Source of the DNA: a bacterium
Lineage (GTDB): Bacteria > UBA8248
Direction: 5' to 3'
Assembly: GCA_965204535.1 (NCBI GenBank)
Contig: OZ241996.1
Span: forward strand, 1,504,001 to 1,568,000
Length of the DNA stretch: 64,000 nt
Both the position numbers and the translations under genes were made by a program. Position 1 is the first letter of the stretch. The number at the start of each line of letters is the position of its first letter. The notes below the pieces were generated by a model. It was not told where the DNA came from. It saw only the letters and a program-made list of their open reading frames with translations, and ran no database searches. Below are positions 19,459-28,896 of this stretch, piece after piece.

Positions 19459-20220
19459 ATCCAATTCCGTGTGCTGGGCTGCGCGGGCGGTAAAGCGCCC
19501 GGATGTCATCTGACGTCTTTCCTCATCAACGAAGAGTTGCTGCTCGAGGGCGGTTCGGCCGCCTCGGGCCTCACCATCGAGGAGCAGGCCCGGCTCACCG
19601 GCGTCGTGGTCTCCCACGCGCATCTGGACCACATCGCGGAACTGCCCTACCTCGCCGACAACATCTTCGGCCTGCGGGAGGATTCGCTCAAGGTCATCGG
19701 CGCGCGCGACGTTCTGGAGCAGATTCAAAAATCCATCTTCAACAACGCCGTCTGGCCGGATTTTTGCGAGATTTGCCACGAAGATAAACCGATACTCGAT
19801 TTCTCCGCTATCGAGGAAATGGAAACCCGCTCCCTGGGCGGAATCCGTATTACTCCCTACGCGGTCGACCACAAGGGCACCACTTTCGGCTTCATCTTCG
19901 AGGACGGAGAAAGCGCGCTGCTCTATACCAGCGACACGGGGCCGACCAAGGCCATCTGGCGGGGCGCCGCCGAAGTGGCCAATCTGCGCGCCATCATCAC
20001 CGAAGTGTCGTTTCCGAACAGGATGGAGGAGCTCGCGCGCATGACCAAACATCTCACGCCCGCCATGCTCCATGCGGAGATGCAAAAAATACCGCCTGAT
20101 GTTCCCGTCTACATCTTTCACATCAAGGCCCAATACGGCGATGAGACGAAGGCGGAAATCGATGCGCTGGGTGAAGCGAGAATCGAAGTGCTCGAAGAGG
20201 GGAAGACGTATCACCTGTAG
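19459..20220 (+). CDS. Class II cyclic-nucleotide phosphodiesterase / metallo-beta-lactamase-fold hydrolase
   Basis: (M)QFRVLGCAGG, SHAHLDH, IFNNAVWPDF, YTSDTGPT, EVSFPN, HLTP, HIK. The start appears to be ATC at 19459 behind GGAGGAGAGG. Confidence 0.82.
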   Translation: MQFRVLGCAGGKAPGCHLTSFLINEELLLEGGSAASGLTIEEQARLTGVVVSHAHLDHIAELPYLADNIFGLREDSLKVIGARDVLEQIQKSIFNNAVWPDFCEICHEDKPILDFSAIEEMETRSLGGIRITPYAVDHKGTTFGFIFEDGESALLYTSDTGPTKAIWRGAAEVANLRAIITEVSFPNRMEELARMTKHLTPAMLHAEMQKIPPDVPVYIFHIKAQYGDETKAEIDALGEARIEVLEEGKTYHL

Positions 20221-20359
20221 GCTTTCATGACGCCTCAACTTCTGCTAAGAGCAGGAGGGTATGGCAAGACGCGGAAAAGCGGCGATGCGAGGGATGAGGA
20301 GAAGACATCCAGCGCATCGCTTCATTGGAAATCACCGAAATGGATGGGGAGACGCTTTC

Positions 20360-20605
20360 GTGGAAGACATCGAAGCGCAGAGAAAATACAGCCGCATCAT
20401 GGCCGAGCGCATCAGCGGCATTCTGGCCGGAGAGATCGATGGCGTCGACGCGGACATCCGCTACAGCTACCAGGAGAAGAGTTTCAGGCTCTGGTGGGGA
20501 GAGCGCGGCGACCCGGACACCACCGCCCTCATCACCTTCGAGCAAATCGCCACGCTGAACGACGAGGAGTTGCGCCAGATCATCCGCTCATCCGTCATCG
20601 GTTAG
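20360..20605 (+). CDS. Small hypothetical protein (81 aa)
   Basis: GGGGAG RBS 8 nt before GTG 20360; GC3-rich codons; no family recognised. Confidence 0.6.
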   Translation: MEDIEAQRKYSRIMAERISGILAGEIDGVDADIRYSYQEKSFRLWWGERGDPDTTALITFEQIATLNDEELRQIIRSSVIG

Positions 20606-20810
20606 GATGCGTCGGTTGGCGAGGCGCAAGAACGCTTCCGATCTGAATCGAAACACAATTATACTTCAATTAGTTACAACGAATAACTAAAGCGAAATAT
20701 CGTTCTTTTTTGCCATCCGGCGCTCTTCTCAAAACACAGGCTCACGCCATGGGCGGCGAGAAACCGGGCCATTCCCGCGAGCCCCGAAGGGCGTTTCCTG
20801 CCATCCGGCA

Positions 20811-21695
20811 TCAGGCGATATTCGCCAACTCCTGGTAAATGCGGAAAATCGAGCTGCCGTCCTCATGCTGCCTGCCCTTGCTGCGCTGGGCCATGAAGAA
20901 GTGCTCCAGCAACCCGCCGAGCGGCACGGGCACGTCCAGGTCCTTGGCGGAGTCGATGGCGCATTCGAGGTCCTTCAGCACGATCCATATCGGGCCGGAT
21001 TCGGGGAAATTGCCGGCCAGCATGTCCTTGCCGCGAACCTCGAGCACGTTCGAACCCGCGGCACCCGAACAGAGTGTCTCCAGCATGACGTCTTCGGGGA
21101 TCCCCGCCTTGAGGCCCAGCGTGAGTCCCTCGCACGCACCCGCCATGTTGATGAAGAGCACCAGATTCACCACGAGCTTGAGCTGGGCGGCGAGACCGTT
21201 CTGCTCGCTCACGAAAACCGTCTTCTTCCCGATAGCGTCGAAGGCGGGCTTCGCCTTCTCATATGCGGCCCTGGGGCCGGCGGCCATCACCACCAGGTCC
21301 TTCACGGCGGCCTGTTTGCCCACGCCGCTTACGGGGCAATCGAGCCAGTTCACGCCTTGCTCAGCGGCTTTTTCCGCCATCTCCTTGGAGAATTTGGGCG
21401 GAACCGTGCTCATATCGGCGATAATGCCGCCTTCGGAAATCCCCTCCAGGACCCCTCCCTCGCCCGTCACCGCCTCTCCGACGACCTGATAGTTCGGGAG
21501 CGAGGTCATCACCAGGTCGGCACCGGCGGCTGCGTCCGCGGGCGAGGACGCCCGGCGCAGATTCTTGCCCTCGAATTTCTCGTACATCGCATCGAGCGGG
21601 TCGTAGCCCGCCACTTCCATGCCGGCGTCCAGCATGTGGCCCGAAAACGCGCCCCCCATGACGCCCAAACCCACGACTCCCACTTTCATGCTCAC
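20811..21695 (-). CDS. 3-hydroxyisobutyrate dehydrogenase-family NAD(P)-dependent oxidoreductase
   Basis: GVVGLGVMG, DMSTV, LDCPVSG, LKLVVN, KDL. Confidence 0.9.
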   Translation of the reverse strand: MSMKVGVVGLGVMGGAFSGHMLDAGMEVAGYDPLDAMYEKFEGKNLRRASSPADAAAGADLVMTSLPNYQVVGEAVTGEGGVLEGISEGGIIADMSTVPPKFSKEMAEKAAEQGVNWLDCPVSGVGKQAAVKDLVVMAAGPRAAYEKAKPAFDAIGKKTVFVSEQNGLAAQLKLVVNLVLFINMAGACEGLTLGLKAGIPEDVMLETLCSGAAGSNVLEVRGKDMLAGNFPESGPIWIVLKDLECAIDSAKDLDVPVPLGGLLEHFFMAQRSKGRQHEDGSSIFRIYQELANIA

Positions 21696-21782
21696 GGCTC
21701 AAGCTCCTTTTGAATGCGGCGTATGGAGGATGACCCTCCCCCGCCGATATCGGATACGAAAAGTTCTTCAACACCTGCATCG

Positions 21783-22541
21783 TCAATGAATGATATACCC
21801 GCCGTCCACCACGAGGTTGTGCCCGTGCACGAAAGAAGCGTCCCCGGAAGCGAGAAACAACACCGCGCTCGCTATCTCGGCAGGCTCTCCGAAACGCCCT
21901 ATGGGCACCGTTCCCAGGCGCTGGGCCCGTTCCTCGGGCGTCTTGTAGGCGTGTTTCTTCAAATATTCCGTCGCCGTGGGCCCGGGGCTGACGGCGTTCA
22001 CCAGGATGTTCTCGCCGGCGAGTTCGAGCGCCATGGAGCGCGTGAGTTGTATAAGCGCCGCCTTGGTCGCGCTGTAGAGCGCTGTATTGCGCGCCGCCAC
22101 GGAGCCCAACTGGCTCGCGATGTGGATGATACGCCCGCCTCCCGCCTCTCGCATGAGCGGCAGCACCGCCTGGCTCGCGAAAAAAGGAGCGCGCAGGTTC
22201 ACGGCGACCACGCGGCTAAAATCCGCATACGAGAAAGTCCCGAAGGGCTGGCTCGCGCGAATACCTGCGTTGTTCACGAGAACGTCCACGCCGCCCAGAG
22301 CGTCCGCGGCCGCCTCCACCATCCGCTCGGCAGCGCCCTCTTCCGCCAGATCGAAGATGCCGAAAGAAGCCGAGCCTCCGGCGGCCTCGCACTCACGCGC
22401 GACGTTTTCGAGTTCCTCCTGCGTTCCGTCCGCGGCCAGATACAGGTTCGCCCCCTCCGCCGCGAAGCGAAGCGCGGCGCATTCGCCGATTCCGCGCGAC
22501 CCGCCCGTCACGAGCGCCTTTTTACCGTCCAAACGACCCAA
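21783..22541 (-). CDS. SDR-family oxidoreductase
   Basis: TGGSRGIG, NNAG, YSATK, NAVSPGPT, VDGG. TTG start at 22541 after AGGAG. Confidence 0.9.
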   Translation of the reverse strand: MGRLDGKKALVTGGSRGIGECAALRFAAEGANLYLAADGTQEELENVARECEAAGGSASFGIFDLAEEGAAERMVEAAADALGGVDVLVNNAGIRASQPFGTFSYADFSRVVAVNLRAPFFASQAVLPLMREAGGGRIIHIASQLGSVAARNTALYSATKAALIQLTRSMALELAGENILVNAVSPGPTATEYLKKHAYKTPEERAQRLGTVPIGRFGEPAEIASAVLFLASGDASFVHGHNLVVDGGYIIH

Positions 22542-22633
22542 GCTGCGTTTCTCCTGCGGAAAAGTTGCGCTACTATTGTTCCCGGCGCGACGCCGCGCGC
22601 CCCGGATGACCAAAGACCAAGGAGAAATGCGCG

Positions 22634-23236
22634 ATGCCCCGACCGGAAACCTCGTTCGTAGAACTCCAGCACGTCGCCGTCAAGGTGTCGGACATCGAGG
22701 AATCTTTGAAATTCTACACCGAGATTCTCGGCTTCACGCTCTCGGAGCGTCACGGCCCCGACGAACACCCGAGCCTCAACATGGGCCTTTGCTTCCTGCG
22801 CTGCGGCGCGTTTCATCACGATTTGAACCTAGTATACCACACCGGCGATCAGCCCGCGCTGGAGGAGCTCAAGGTCGACGATCAGGGTCCCGTGAAGGAC
22901 CTGGGGTTGCATCATTTCGCGTTTCGGGTAAAAGACCGCACGGAGTTCTTCGCCTGGCGGGACTGGCTCGAGGAATGCGGAATCAAAATCGTGCGCGGCC
23001 CCGTGGTGCACAGCCCCACCCACCCCGAGGGCGACGGCACGTGGGGGGAGAACAGGGCCATGTATTTCTGCGACCCCGACGGTCACCGGATTGAGATATT
23101 CTGCGACTTGGCCCCGATGGACGAGGCCAACGGGGTCGAGAAGGAATGGTATGACAATCGACTTCGCCGGGAGGGAATCGACCCCGCCCCGCATCCGCCC
23201 GTGGGACCTCATCCGTCAGGGGCTCTCACACGCTGA
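22634..23236 (+). CDS. VOC/glyoxalase-family protein
   Basis: LQHVAVKV, FYTEILGF, LHHFAF, YFCDPDGHRIEIF (His/His/Glu triad); AGGAG RBS. Confidence 0.87.
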   Translation: MPRPETSFVELQHVAVKVSDIEESLKFYTEILGFTLSERHGPDEHPSLNMGLCFLRCGAFHHDLNLVYHTGDQPALEELKVDDQGPVKDLGLHHFAFRVKDRTEFFAWRDWLEECGIKIVRGPVVHSPTHPEGDGTWGENRAMYFCDPDGHRIEIFCDLAPMDEANGVEKEWYDNRLRREGIDPAPHPPVGPHPSGALTR

Positions 23237-23251
23237 ACCGCCGCCCCGGGA

Positions 23252-25039
23252 ATGTTTCTCCATGAGCGAGACGTCTTGAGCTGGAAAAATTTTCGCATAC
23301 GGCTTCTCGGCTGGCTGCTCCATTTCGATTTCTCGGACGACGGCATCTTCTACTTCACGACCATCATCGTGGGGGCGTTGGCCGGGTTCGTCGCCGTCTG
23401 TTTTCACGTCGCGCTGGGCTGGGCGCACCTCGTTCTCTTCGGCTCCCATGACCTCTCCGAGATTCACCGGGCCTGGTATTTGGTGGCGCTCATCCCCGCG
23501 GGGGGCGCATTCATCTCCGCAGTCTTCCTCCAGTATTTCGCGCCCGAAGCCCGGGGCAGCGGCATCCCGCAGACGAAAATCGCGTACGTCGCCCACAACG
23601 GCCACATCGACAAGCGCGTGTGGATAAGCAAGTTCCTCATCGGGGTGCTCAACATCGGCTCCGGTTCGAGCCTGGGGCGTGAAGGCCCCACCGTGCAGAT
23701 ATGCTCGGGCGCGGCGAGCTGGATAGGCGAGACGTTCTCGCTGAAAAGACGCCGCGTGCAGGCGCTCGTCCCCGTGGGCTGCGCCGCCGCTCTGGCCGCC
23801 GCGTTCAACACGCCGATAGCGGCCGTCACCTTCACCCTGGAAGAACTCGTGGGCGACCTGAACGCGCGGGTACTCGGCTCCATCGTGTTCGCGGCGGTGT
23901 CCGCCTCGGTCGTCTCGCGCGCCATGCTCGGCAACGAACCTGTTTTCTCCGTGCCGGCCTATGCGCTGGACAGCTCTCTCGAACTGTTCCTCTACGCCTT
24001 CGTCGGCGTGGTATGCGCGCTCGTGGGCGTGGCGTTCATCAAGGGGCTGCTGTTCATCCGCTCGGGGTGGAAACGCCTGCGAGGGTTCCGCGGCGTCATC
24101 GCCACCGGTCTCGGCGGTCTGTTCGTGGGCGTGGTCGGGGTCTGGGTTCCCGAGGTGTTCGCGGTGGGATACCCCGCCGTGAGCAAGGCGCTCACGCACA
24201 GCTACACGCTGCCTTTTCTCTTGTCCCTGCTCGTCTTGAAGCTCATCGCCACCGCGGTATCTTACGGGACCGGCTCTCTGGGCGGCATCTTCGCGCCGAC
24301 GCTGTTCATGGGCGCGATGGCGGGCGGCGCCGTGGCGTCTCTCGCCGAGTTCGCCTTTCCCGGCTTCGTGGCCCATCCGGGCGGATACGCGCTCGTGGGC
24401 ATGGGCGCGGCCTTCGCGGCCGTCATCCGCGCGCCCATGACGTCGGTGCTCATCATCTTCGAACTCACGCAGGACTACAACATCATTCTCGCGCTCATGG
24501 TGGCCAACGCCATATCGCTCTCTCTGGCGCGCTACTGGCACCCCGAGCCGATTTACAGCGCTCTCTCCTCACAGGACGGCGTCGCCCTGCCCGACCACGA
24601 GACGGAGCACCTCCTGCACGAGATTCACGTATCGGACGCCATGATCAGCGGCGTCATCACCCTGCCCGAGGACATCACGATACAAGAGGCTATCGAGAGA
24701 ACGAGAGGGAGCGCCATCACCGGATATCCCGTCCTGAACGCAAGCGGGAAGCTCTCCGGCATGGCGAGCAACTATGACTTCAGCCAGGCGCAGGCCGCCG
24801 GCATTCTGCAAAGCCCCCTGAGAGAGATTGCGAAGAAGAAATACATCATGCACGCGCACCCGGACCAGTCGCTCGATTCGGTGATGGCGAAACTCGGCGA
24901 CAGGCGCATCTCGCGCCTGCCCGTGGTGAGCCGCGAGGACCCGACCGAACTTCTGGGAATCATCACCGCCGAGGACGTGATCCACGCCTTCGGCAAGGTG
25001 TGGCACGGGCAGGAACACCACCAGCACGACACCGACTAA
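23252..25039 (+). CDS. ClC-family Cl-/H+ antiporter with CBS domains
   Basis: GSGIP, GREGP, FTLEEL, GGIFAP, IYSAL and two C-terminal CBS repeats. Confidence 0.93.
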   Translation: MFLHERDVLSWKNFRIRLLGWLLHFDFSDDGIFYFTTIIVGALAGFVAVCFHVALGWAHLVLFGSHDLSEIHRAWYLVALIPAGGAFISAVFLQYFAPEARGSGIPQTKIAYVAHNGHIDKRVWISKFLIGVLNIGSGSSLGREGPTVQICSGAASWIGETFSLKRRRVQALVPVGCAAALAAAFNTPIAAVTFTLEELVGDLNARVLGSIVFAAVSASVVSRAMLGNEPVFSVPAYALDSSLELFLYAFVGVVCALVGVAFIKGLLFIRSGWKRLRGFRGVIATGLGGLFVGVVGVWVPEVFAVGYPAVSKALTHSYTLPFLLSLLVLKLIATAVSYGTGSLGGIFAPTLFMGAMAGGAVASLAEFAFPGFVAHPGGYALVGMGAAFAAVIRAPMTSVLIIFELTQDYNIILALMVANAISLSLARYWHPEPIYSALSSQDGVALPDHETEHLLHEIHVSDAMISGVITLPEDITIQEAIERTRGSAITGYPVLNASGKLSGMASNYDFSQAQAAGILQSPLREIAKKKYIMHAHPDQSLDSVMAKLGDRRISRLPVVSREDPTELLGIITAEDVIHAFGKVWHGQEHHQHDTD

Positions 25040-25176
25040 GCGCCGCTTCCCAAACGCTTTGCAGATGAAGCGAATATTTTAATATGATGAACCCGGAGAA
25101 ACCCTTCGCTCCATACCCGGGAGGAGCACACTTCCGGCAAGGAGGAACCCGGCATCGGAGTGCCGGAAACGACAAG

Positions 25177-25857
25177 ATGAGCACGCAACATCTGACCATC
25201 CTGCCCTCAAGCGGCCAGCCGACCTGGCTGAAAAAGATTTTCCAGGCCGGATTCCGGCTCGCTTTCGGCGGCGTCGACGTCCAGGGCATGCGCAACGTGC
25301 CGCCCGGCGGCCCGCTGATCGTCGCCTCGAACCATCGCAGCTATCTCGACCCCGTGATCCTCGCCTCCTTCCTGCCGAGGCGGGTGCACCACATGGCCAA
25401 GCGCGAGTTGTTCCGCAATCCACTGTTCGCGAGGCTCATCACCTACTTCGGGGCCTTTCCGGTGGATCGGGAAGGAACAGCGCGCGCCAGCACCTTCCGG
25501 ATGGCGCGCACACTCCTGGGTCTGGGCGGAGCGGTGGTGATTTTCCCCGAGGGCGGCATCGTGAATTCGATCGCCGAGATGGGCGTGAAAGAAGGCGTCG
25601 CCACCCTCTCCGCCATCAGCCGCGCGCCCGTTCTCCCGGTCTATATCGCAGGGTCGAATACGCTGATCAGCCCGCGGGGGATACTGAATCCCTGGCTCGT
25701 CATTCGGGTGGGCGAACCCATCTCGCCGCTGCACGGGAAGAACGGCAGGGAGTACCGCCGGGAATTCGCCCAGAGCATCTTCGACGCGATCCTGAAACTC
25801 GAGGCAGATTTTCTGGCCTCGCGGCAGGGGAAGAAACAGGCGGGGCGAGGCGCGTAG
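25177..25857 (+). CDS. plsC: 1-acyl-sn-glycerol-3-phosphate acyltransferase
   Basis: NHRSYLD, AKRELF, FPVDR, IFPEGG; start uncertain. Confidence 0.85.
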   Translation: MSTQHLTILPSSGQPTWLKKIFQAGFRLAFGGVDVQGMRNVPPGGPLIVASNHRSYLDPVILASFLPRRVHHMAKRELFRNPLFARLITYFGAFPVDREGTARASTFRMARTLLGLGGAVVIFPEGGIVNSIAEMGVKEGVATLSAISRAPVLPVYIAGSNTLISPRGILNPWLVIRVGEPISPLHGKNGREYRREFAQSIFDAILKLEADFLASRQGKKQAGRGA

Positions 25858-25928
25858 CAGGCGATTGAAATTTCAGGTGCGAGGGCTTTGTTTTGTTGCA
25901 ATCCGGCTGTTGCTGATCCCGACCGGTA

Positions 25929-26373
25929 GGAGGTTGTTGAAAAAGTCCTGCGCACCCCTCGAATGGAGGCCGTAGGGGTCAGACATATATGTCTGACCCT
26001 GTGGCCGCCCGTCGGTCGTATTCACCTCGATATAGGAAGGGCACGAGAACCACGGACAGGCACGGGGGCCTGTCCCTACGGATACCTGGTCGACATTGAC
26101 CGCCGCCGGAATGACGAACGAAAACTTCTCGGCAAACGGGAAATTGCCGTGTAGGGGTCGCATACATGCGACCCGCCCCGCGGACACAAAACCAGGGCCG
26201 CATATATGCGGCCCCTACAAAACCATCGTATCCCCACCGCTTGAGAGGGCCTTTTCAACAGCCCTGACAAGGGGGGGTAGGGGGGTTGCCTTTCCAGTCC
26301 GAGAGTGCATCCTTCGATACGGCGCTTGCGCGCCTATTCAGGATGAGGTGGATAGGGCTTTTCCAACAGCCCC
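25929..26373. mobile_element. Composite MITE-like / REP-mosaic element 2
   Basis: Left IR GGAGGTTGTTGAAAAAGTC (25929-25947); right IRs near 26248-26264 and 26355-26373. Four GTAG-type hairpins (25972-25999, 26054-26079, 26151-26174, 26195-26218). CCCTGACAAGGGGGGGTAGGGGGGTTGCCTTTCCA is shared with ~35964-35999. Confidence 0.7.
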
Positions 26374-26401
26374 GACAGGGCCAATCGGCTGAAAGACCCG
26401 C

Positions 26402-26433
26402 CCGGGGCCGTGGACTCCCGCCCACGGCCCCGG
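26402..26433 (-). terminator. GC-rich hairpin downstream of the porin gene
   Basis: CCGGGGCCGTGG...CCACGGCCCCGG 12-bp stem about 10 nt past the porin stop. Confidence 0.6.
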
Positions 26434-26442
26434 CGGAGCATC

Positions 26443-27789
26443 CTAGAAGCTATACACAAAACCCAACTGCAGGCGCGTCGCGTCGCCCTCCTCGCCGCGG
26501 TTCGTCTCGCGCCAGCCCTGAATGATCTCCGCACCAATCCTCGTCTTGGGCGCGGGTGACCACCAGACGTTGGCGTGCAGCGTCTGGAGCGACTGGCTGA
26601 GGGCCGGATACACCGCCTTGGCGGCATCTTCAAAATCGTTCTCCACCCAGCCGTAATACAGGCCTGAACTCACGGAGCCGCTCCAGTTGTGCGTGATGCC
26701 GACGAAACCGCCCATGGAATCCAGCGCCTCCAGCTCGTTGTTCGCCCCCAGAATGGCGGCGGCGGAAGCCCCGAGCATGGATTTATCCAATCCGCCTGCG
26801 CCGACGTTGAACGTGCCCCACAGGCGGGTGTCCTTGCCCAAGCCGATGTTCGCGCCGAGGTGGAGGGCGGAGATCGTGACGCTTTCTTCCACCGCGCCAC
26901 TTTCGTAGAGAACCTGCCCCAGCAACCCCGACACGTTTATGGCGCCCCAACTCGTTTTCAGGCGCAGAGCAGCTACAAGATTCGGCAACCGCTCCTGTGA
27001 GGACTTCGTGAGGAAATCCGGTTCACCGGCCTCCCCCCTTTTTGGATTGTTAGTCAGAATAGTCGGGGCGTTTGGATCCTCGAGCGCGACCTGCATTGTG
27101 AGGTTCTTTCCCATGGCCTGGGAGTAGCGGACTTGTGGCCGGCGCGTGGCGATCACGCCCACCGGGCCTTCGAAATCGATCGTATCGGCGTAGGTGTTTT
27201 CATCCATCAACGTCGTCCAGGTCTGGCCCGCCAGCACCCCGCCCAAAGAGGCGTAGGCATGACGCAGGCGCAGTGCGTTGCCGCCGCCGTAGAAATCGGT
27301 TTCGATCCGTGTCTTGAGCCCGCCCATTTTCGTCGACGTCAGGCTGTCGAAGCGGAGGCGCGTCTGCCTGGCGTGCAGGGAGGCTTTGCGCTGACCACTG
27401 TCATCGCCCTCCAGGAGAATGCCGCTCGCGCCGCCTCCCCAGTCATAGCCGAAAAAGGAATCGCCCAGATCCTGGTCGAGATCGTAGATGGCGTCGAGTT
27501 TCACGTAGCCGCTGAACGAGACGGAAGTGTTCGATCCCGGCATCTTCCAGGAACCCGGAAAGTCGCCGGTGGCCACGGCCTTTTTCTGGGCGGCTTCCTG
27601 GGCGGCCATCATATCGGCCTTCATCTTCTTCTCCCGGGCTTCGAGAGCTTCGAGCCGCTCCATGAGCGCCTTGATCTGCGCCTTGAGATCGTCTATCTCG
27701 CCTCCGGCGGCCGGCGCGGCGAACAACGCCAAGGCCGTTACACACCCAAGAAGCGCCAAACCGAAACGATTTGCCCGATTTCTCTTCAT
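26443..27789 (-). CDS. DcaP-like trimeric outer-membrane porin
   Basis: Signal peptide, N-terminal coiled coil, GYVKLDAIYD, ARQTRLRF, IETDF, LRLRHAY, LAGQTW, C-terminal YSF. ATG at 27789 after GGGGAGAG. Confidence 0.88.
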   Translation of the reverse strand: MKRNRANRFGLALLGCVTALALFAAPAAGGEIDDLKAQIKALMERLEALEAREKKMKADMMAAQEAAQKKAVATGDFPGSWKMPGSNTSVSFSGYVKLDAIYDLDQDLGDSFFGYDWGGGASGILLEGDDSGQRKASLHARQTRLRFDSLTSTKMGGLKTRIETDFYGGGNALRLRHAYASLGGVLAGQTWTTLMDENTYADTIDFEGPVGVIATRRPQVRYSQAMGKNLTMQVALEDPNAPTILTNNPKRGEAGEPDFLTKSSQERLPNLVAALRLKTSWGAINVSGLLGQVLYESGAVEESVTISALHLGANIGLGKDTRLWGTFNVGAGGLDKSMLGASAAAILGANNELEALDSMGGFVGITHNWSGSVSSGLYYGWVENDFEDAAKAVYPALSQSLQTLHANVWWSPAPKTRIGAEIIQGWRETNRGEEGDATRLQLGFVYSF

Positions 27790-28010
27790 ATCTCTCTCCC
27801 CCGTGAGAAGTTCTGCAAAAGGCGTCCTGTACATGATGAGGCGATTGCACACACAACCACCTCTTCGGGTTATATGTATTCCTTGTCGAGCGAATAATCG
27901 GGTGGATGCCTCGCCCATCCCTACCCGAGGGCGCAATCAAGCATATTTATGAACAGTAGTATCCCACATCAATCCTCAAAATTCGAGAAAAAAGACCGAG
28001 GCCGCCAGGG

Positions 28011-28877
28011 TCAGGACGCGCCCAGGGCCTTCAGGATGGTTCGACGAACCAGAACGGGCGTCACCTGCCGCCTGTAATCGCTGCTGGCGCGGATATCGGT
28101 CAGAGGCTCCAGGTCATCGAGCGTGTCCGCGAGTACGGCGTCGATGTTCTCCTGGTTGAGTTCCTCCCCCCGGAGGCCCTCTTCCGCCGCCGTGAGACGC
28201 CTGAATACGGCCTCCACGCCGCCCAGGCCGATCCTCGCTTCTTTTGCAGTCTTGCCGTCTTCTTCGGTGAGCACCGCCGTGGAGACGGATACGCAGGGCT
28301 TGTCCTCTTTCGAGCGCGTGGTGAAGCGCGTGCACGCCGTCCGGAAGCCGTCCGGCAGCGGGTCGACCTCTATCGAGCACAGCAATTCATCCTCTTCCAG
28401 CGCGCATTCGTAATAGCCCGTCCAGAACTCCGCCGCGGGAATCACGCGCTCCGTTCCGTCCGCCTTCCTGGCGTTCATCCGGGCCTCGAGAGCCAGAAAC
28501 GCGCCCGGGGGATCGGAGGCCGGCTCCGCAAAGCACAGGTTGCCGCCCACCGTCCCCTGGTTTCGGATGCGAATGGTCGCCACGTTGTGGAAGATTTCCG
28601 CAAGCAGCGGGAATCGCTCCTGCACGAGCGGGGAGGTTTCGATCTTGCGGTGCACCGTCTTCGCCCCGATGCGGAGGCCGCCGTTGTCGGTTCCTTCGAT
28701 GAAATCCAGATCCCCCGCGCCCGCGATGTCAATCAACACCTCGGGTTCGTATACCCGCGATTTCATGAGGATCGAGAGGGCCACGCCGCCGGCGAACACT
28801 TTCCCGTCCTCGCCGTGCTCCTTCAGGGCGGCGAGCGTTTCCTCCGCGCTGTTCGCGGGTAGATGCCGAAAAGCCAT
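28011..28877 (-). CDS. Xanthine dehydrogenase-family FAD-binding (medium) subunit
   Basis: AGGVAL, IRNQGTVGGNL, EPASD, DIRASSDYRR. Confidence 0.92.
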   Translation of the reverse strand: MAFRHLPANSAEETLAALKEHGEDGKVFAGGVALSILMKSRVYEPEVLIDIAGAGDLDFIEGTDNGGLRIGAKTVHRKIETSPLVQERFPLLAEIFHNVATIRIRNQGTVGGNLCFAEPASDPPGAFLALEARMNARKADGTERVIPAAEFWTGYYECALEEDELLCSIEVDPLPDGFRTACTRFTTRSKEDKPCVSVSTAVLTEEDGKTAKEARIGLGGVEAVFRRLTAAEEGLRGEELNQENIDAVLADTLDDLEPLTDIRASSDYRRQVTPVLVRRTILKALGAS

Positions 28878-28896
28878 TTTTTCTCCCCTCTCCTCG

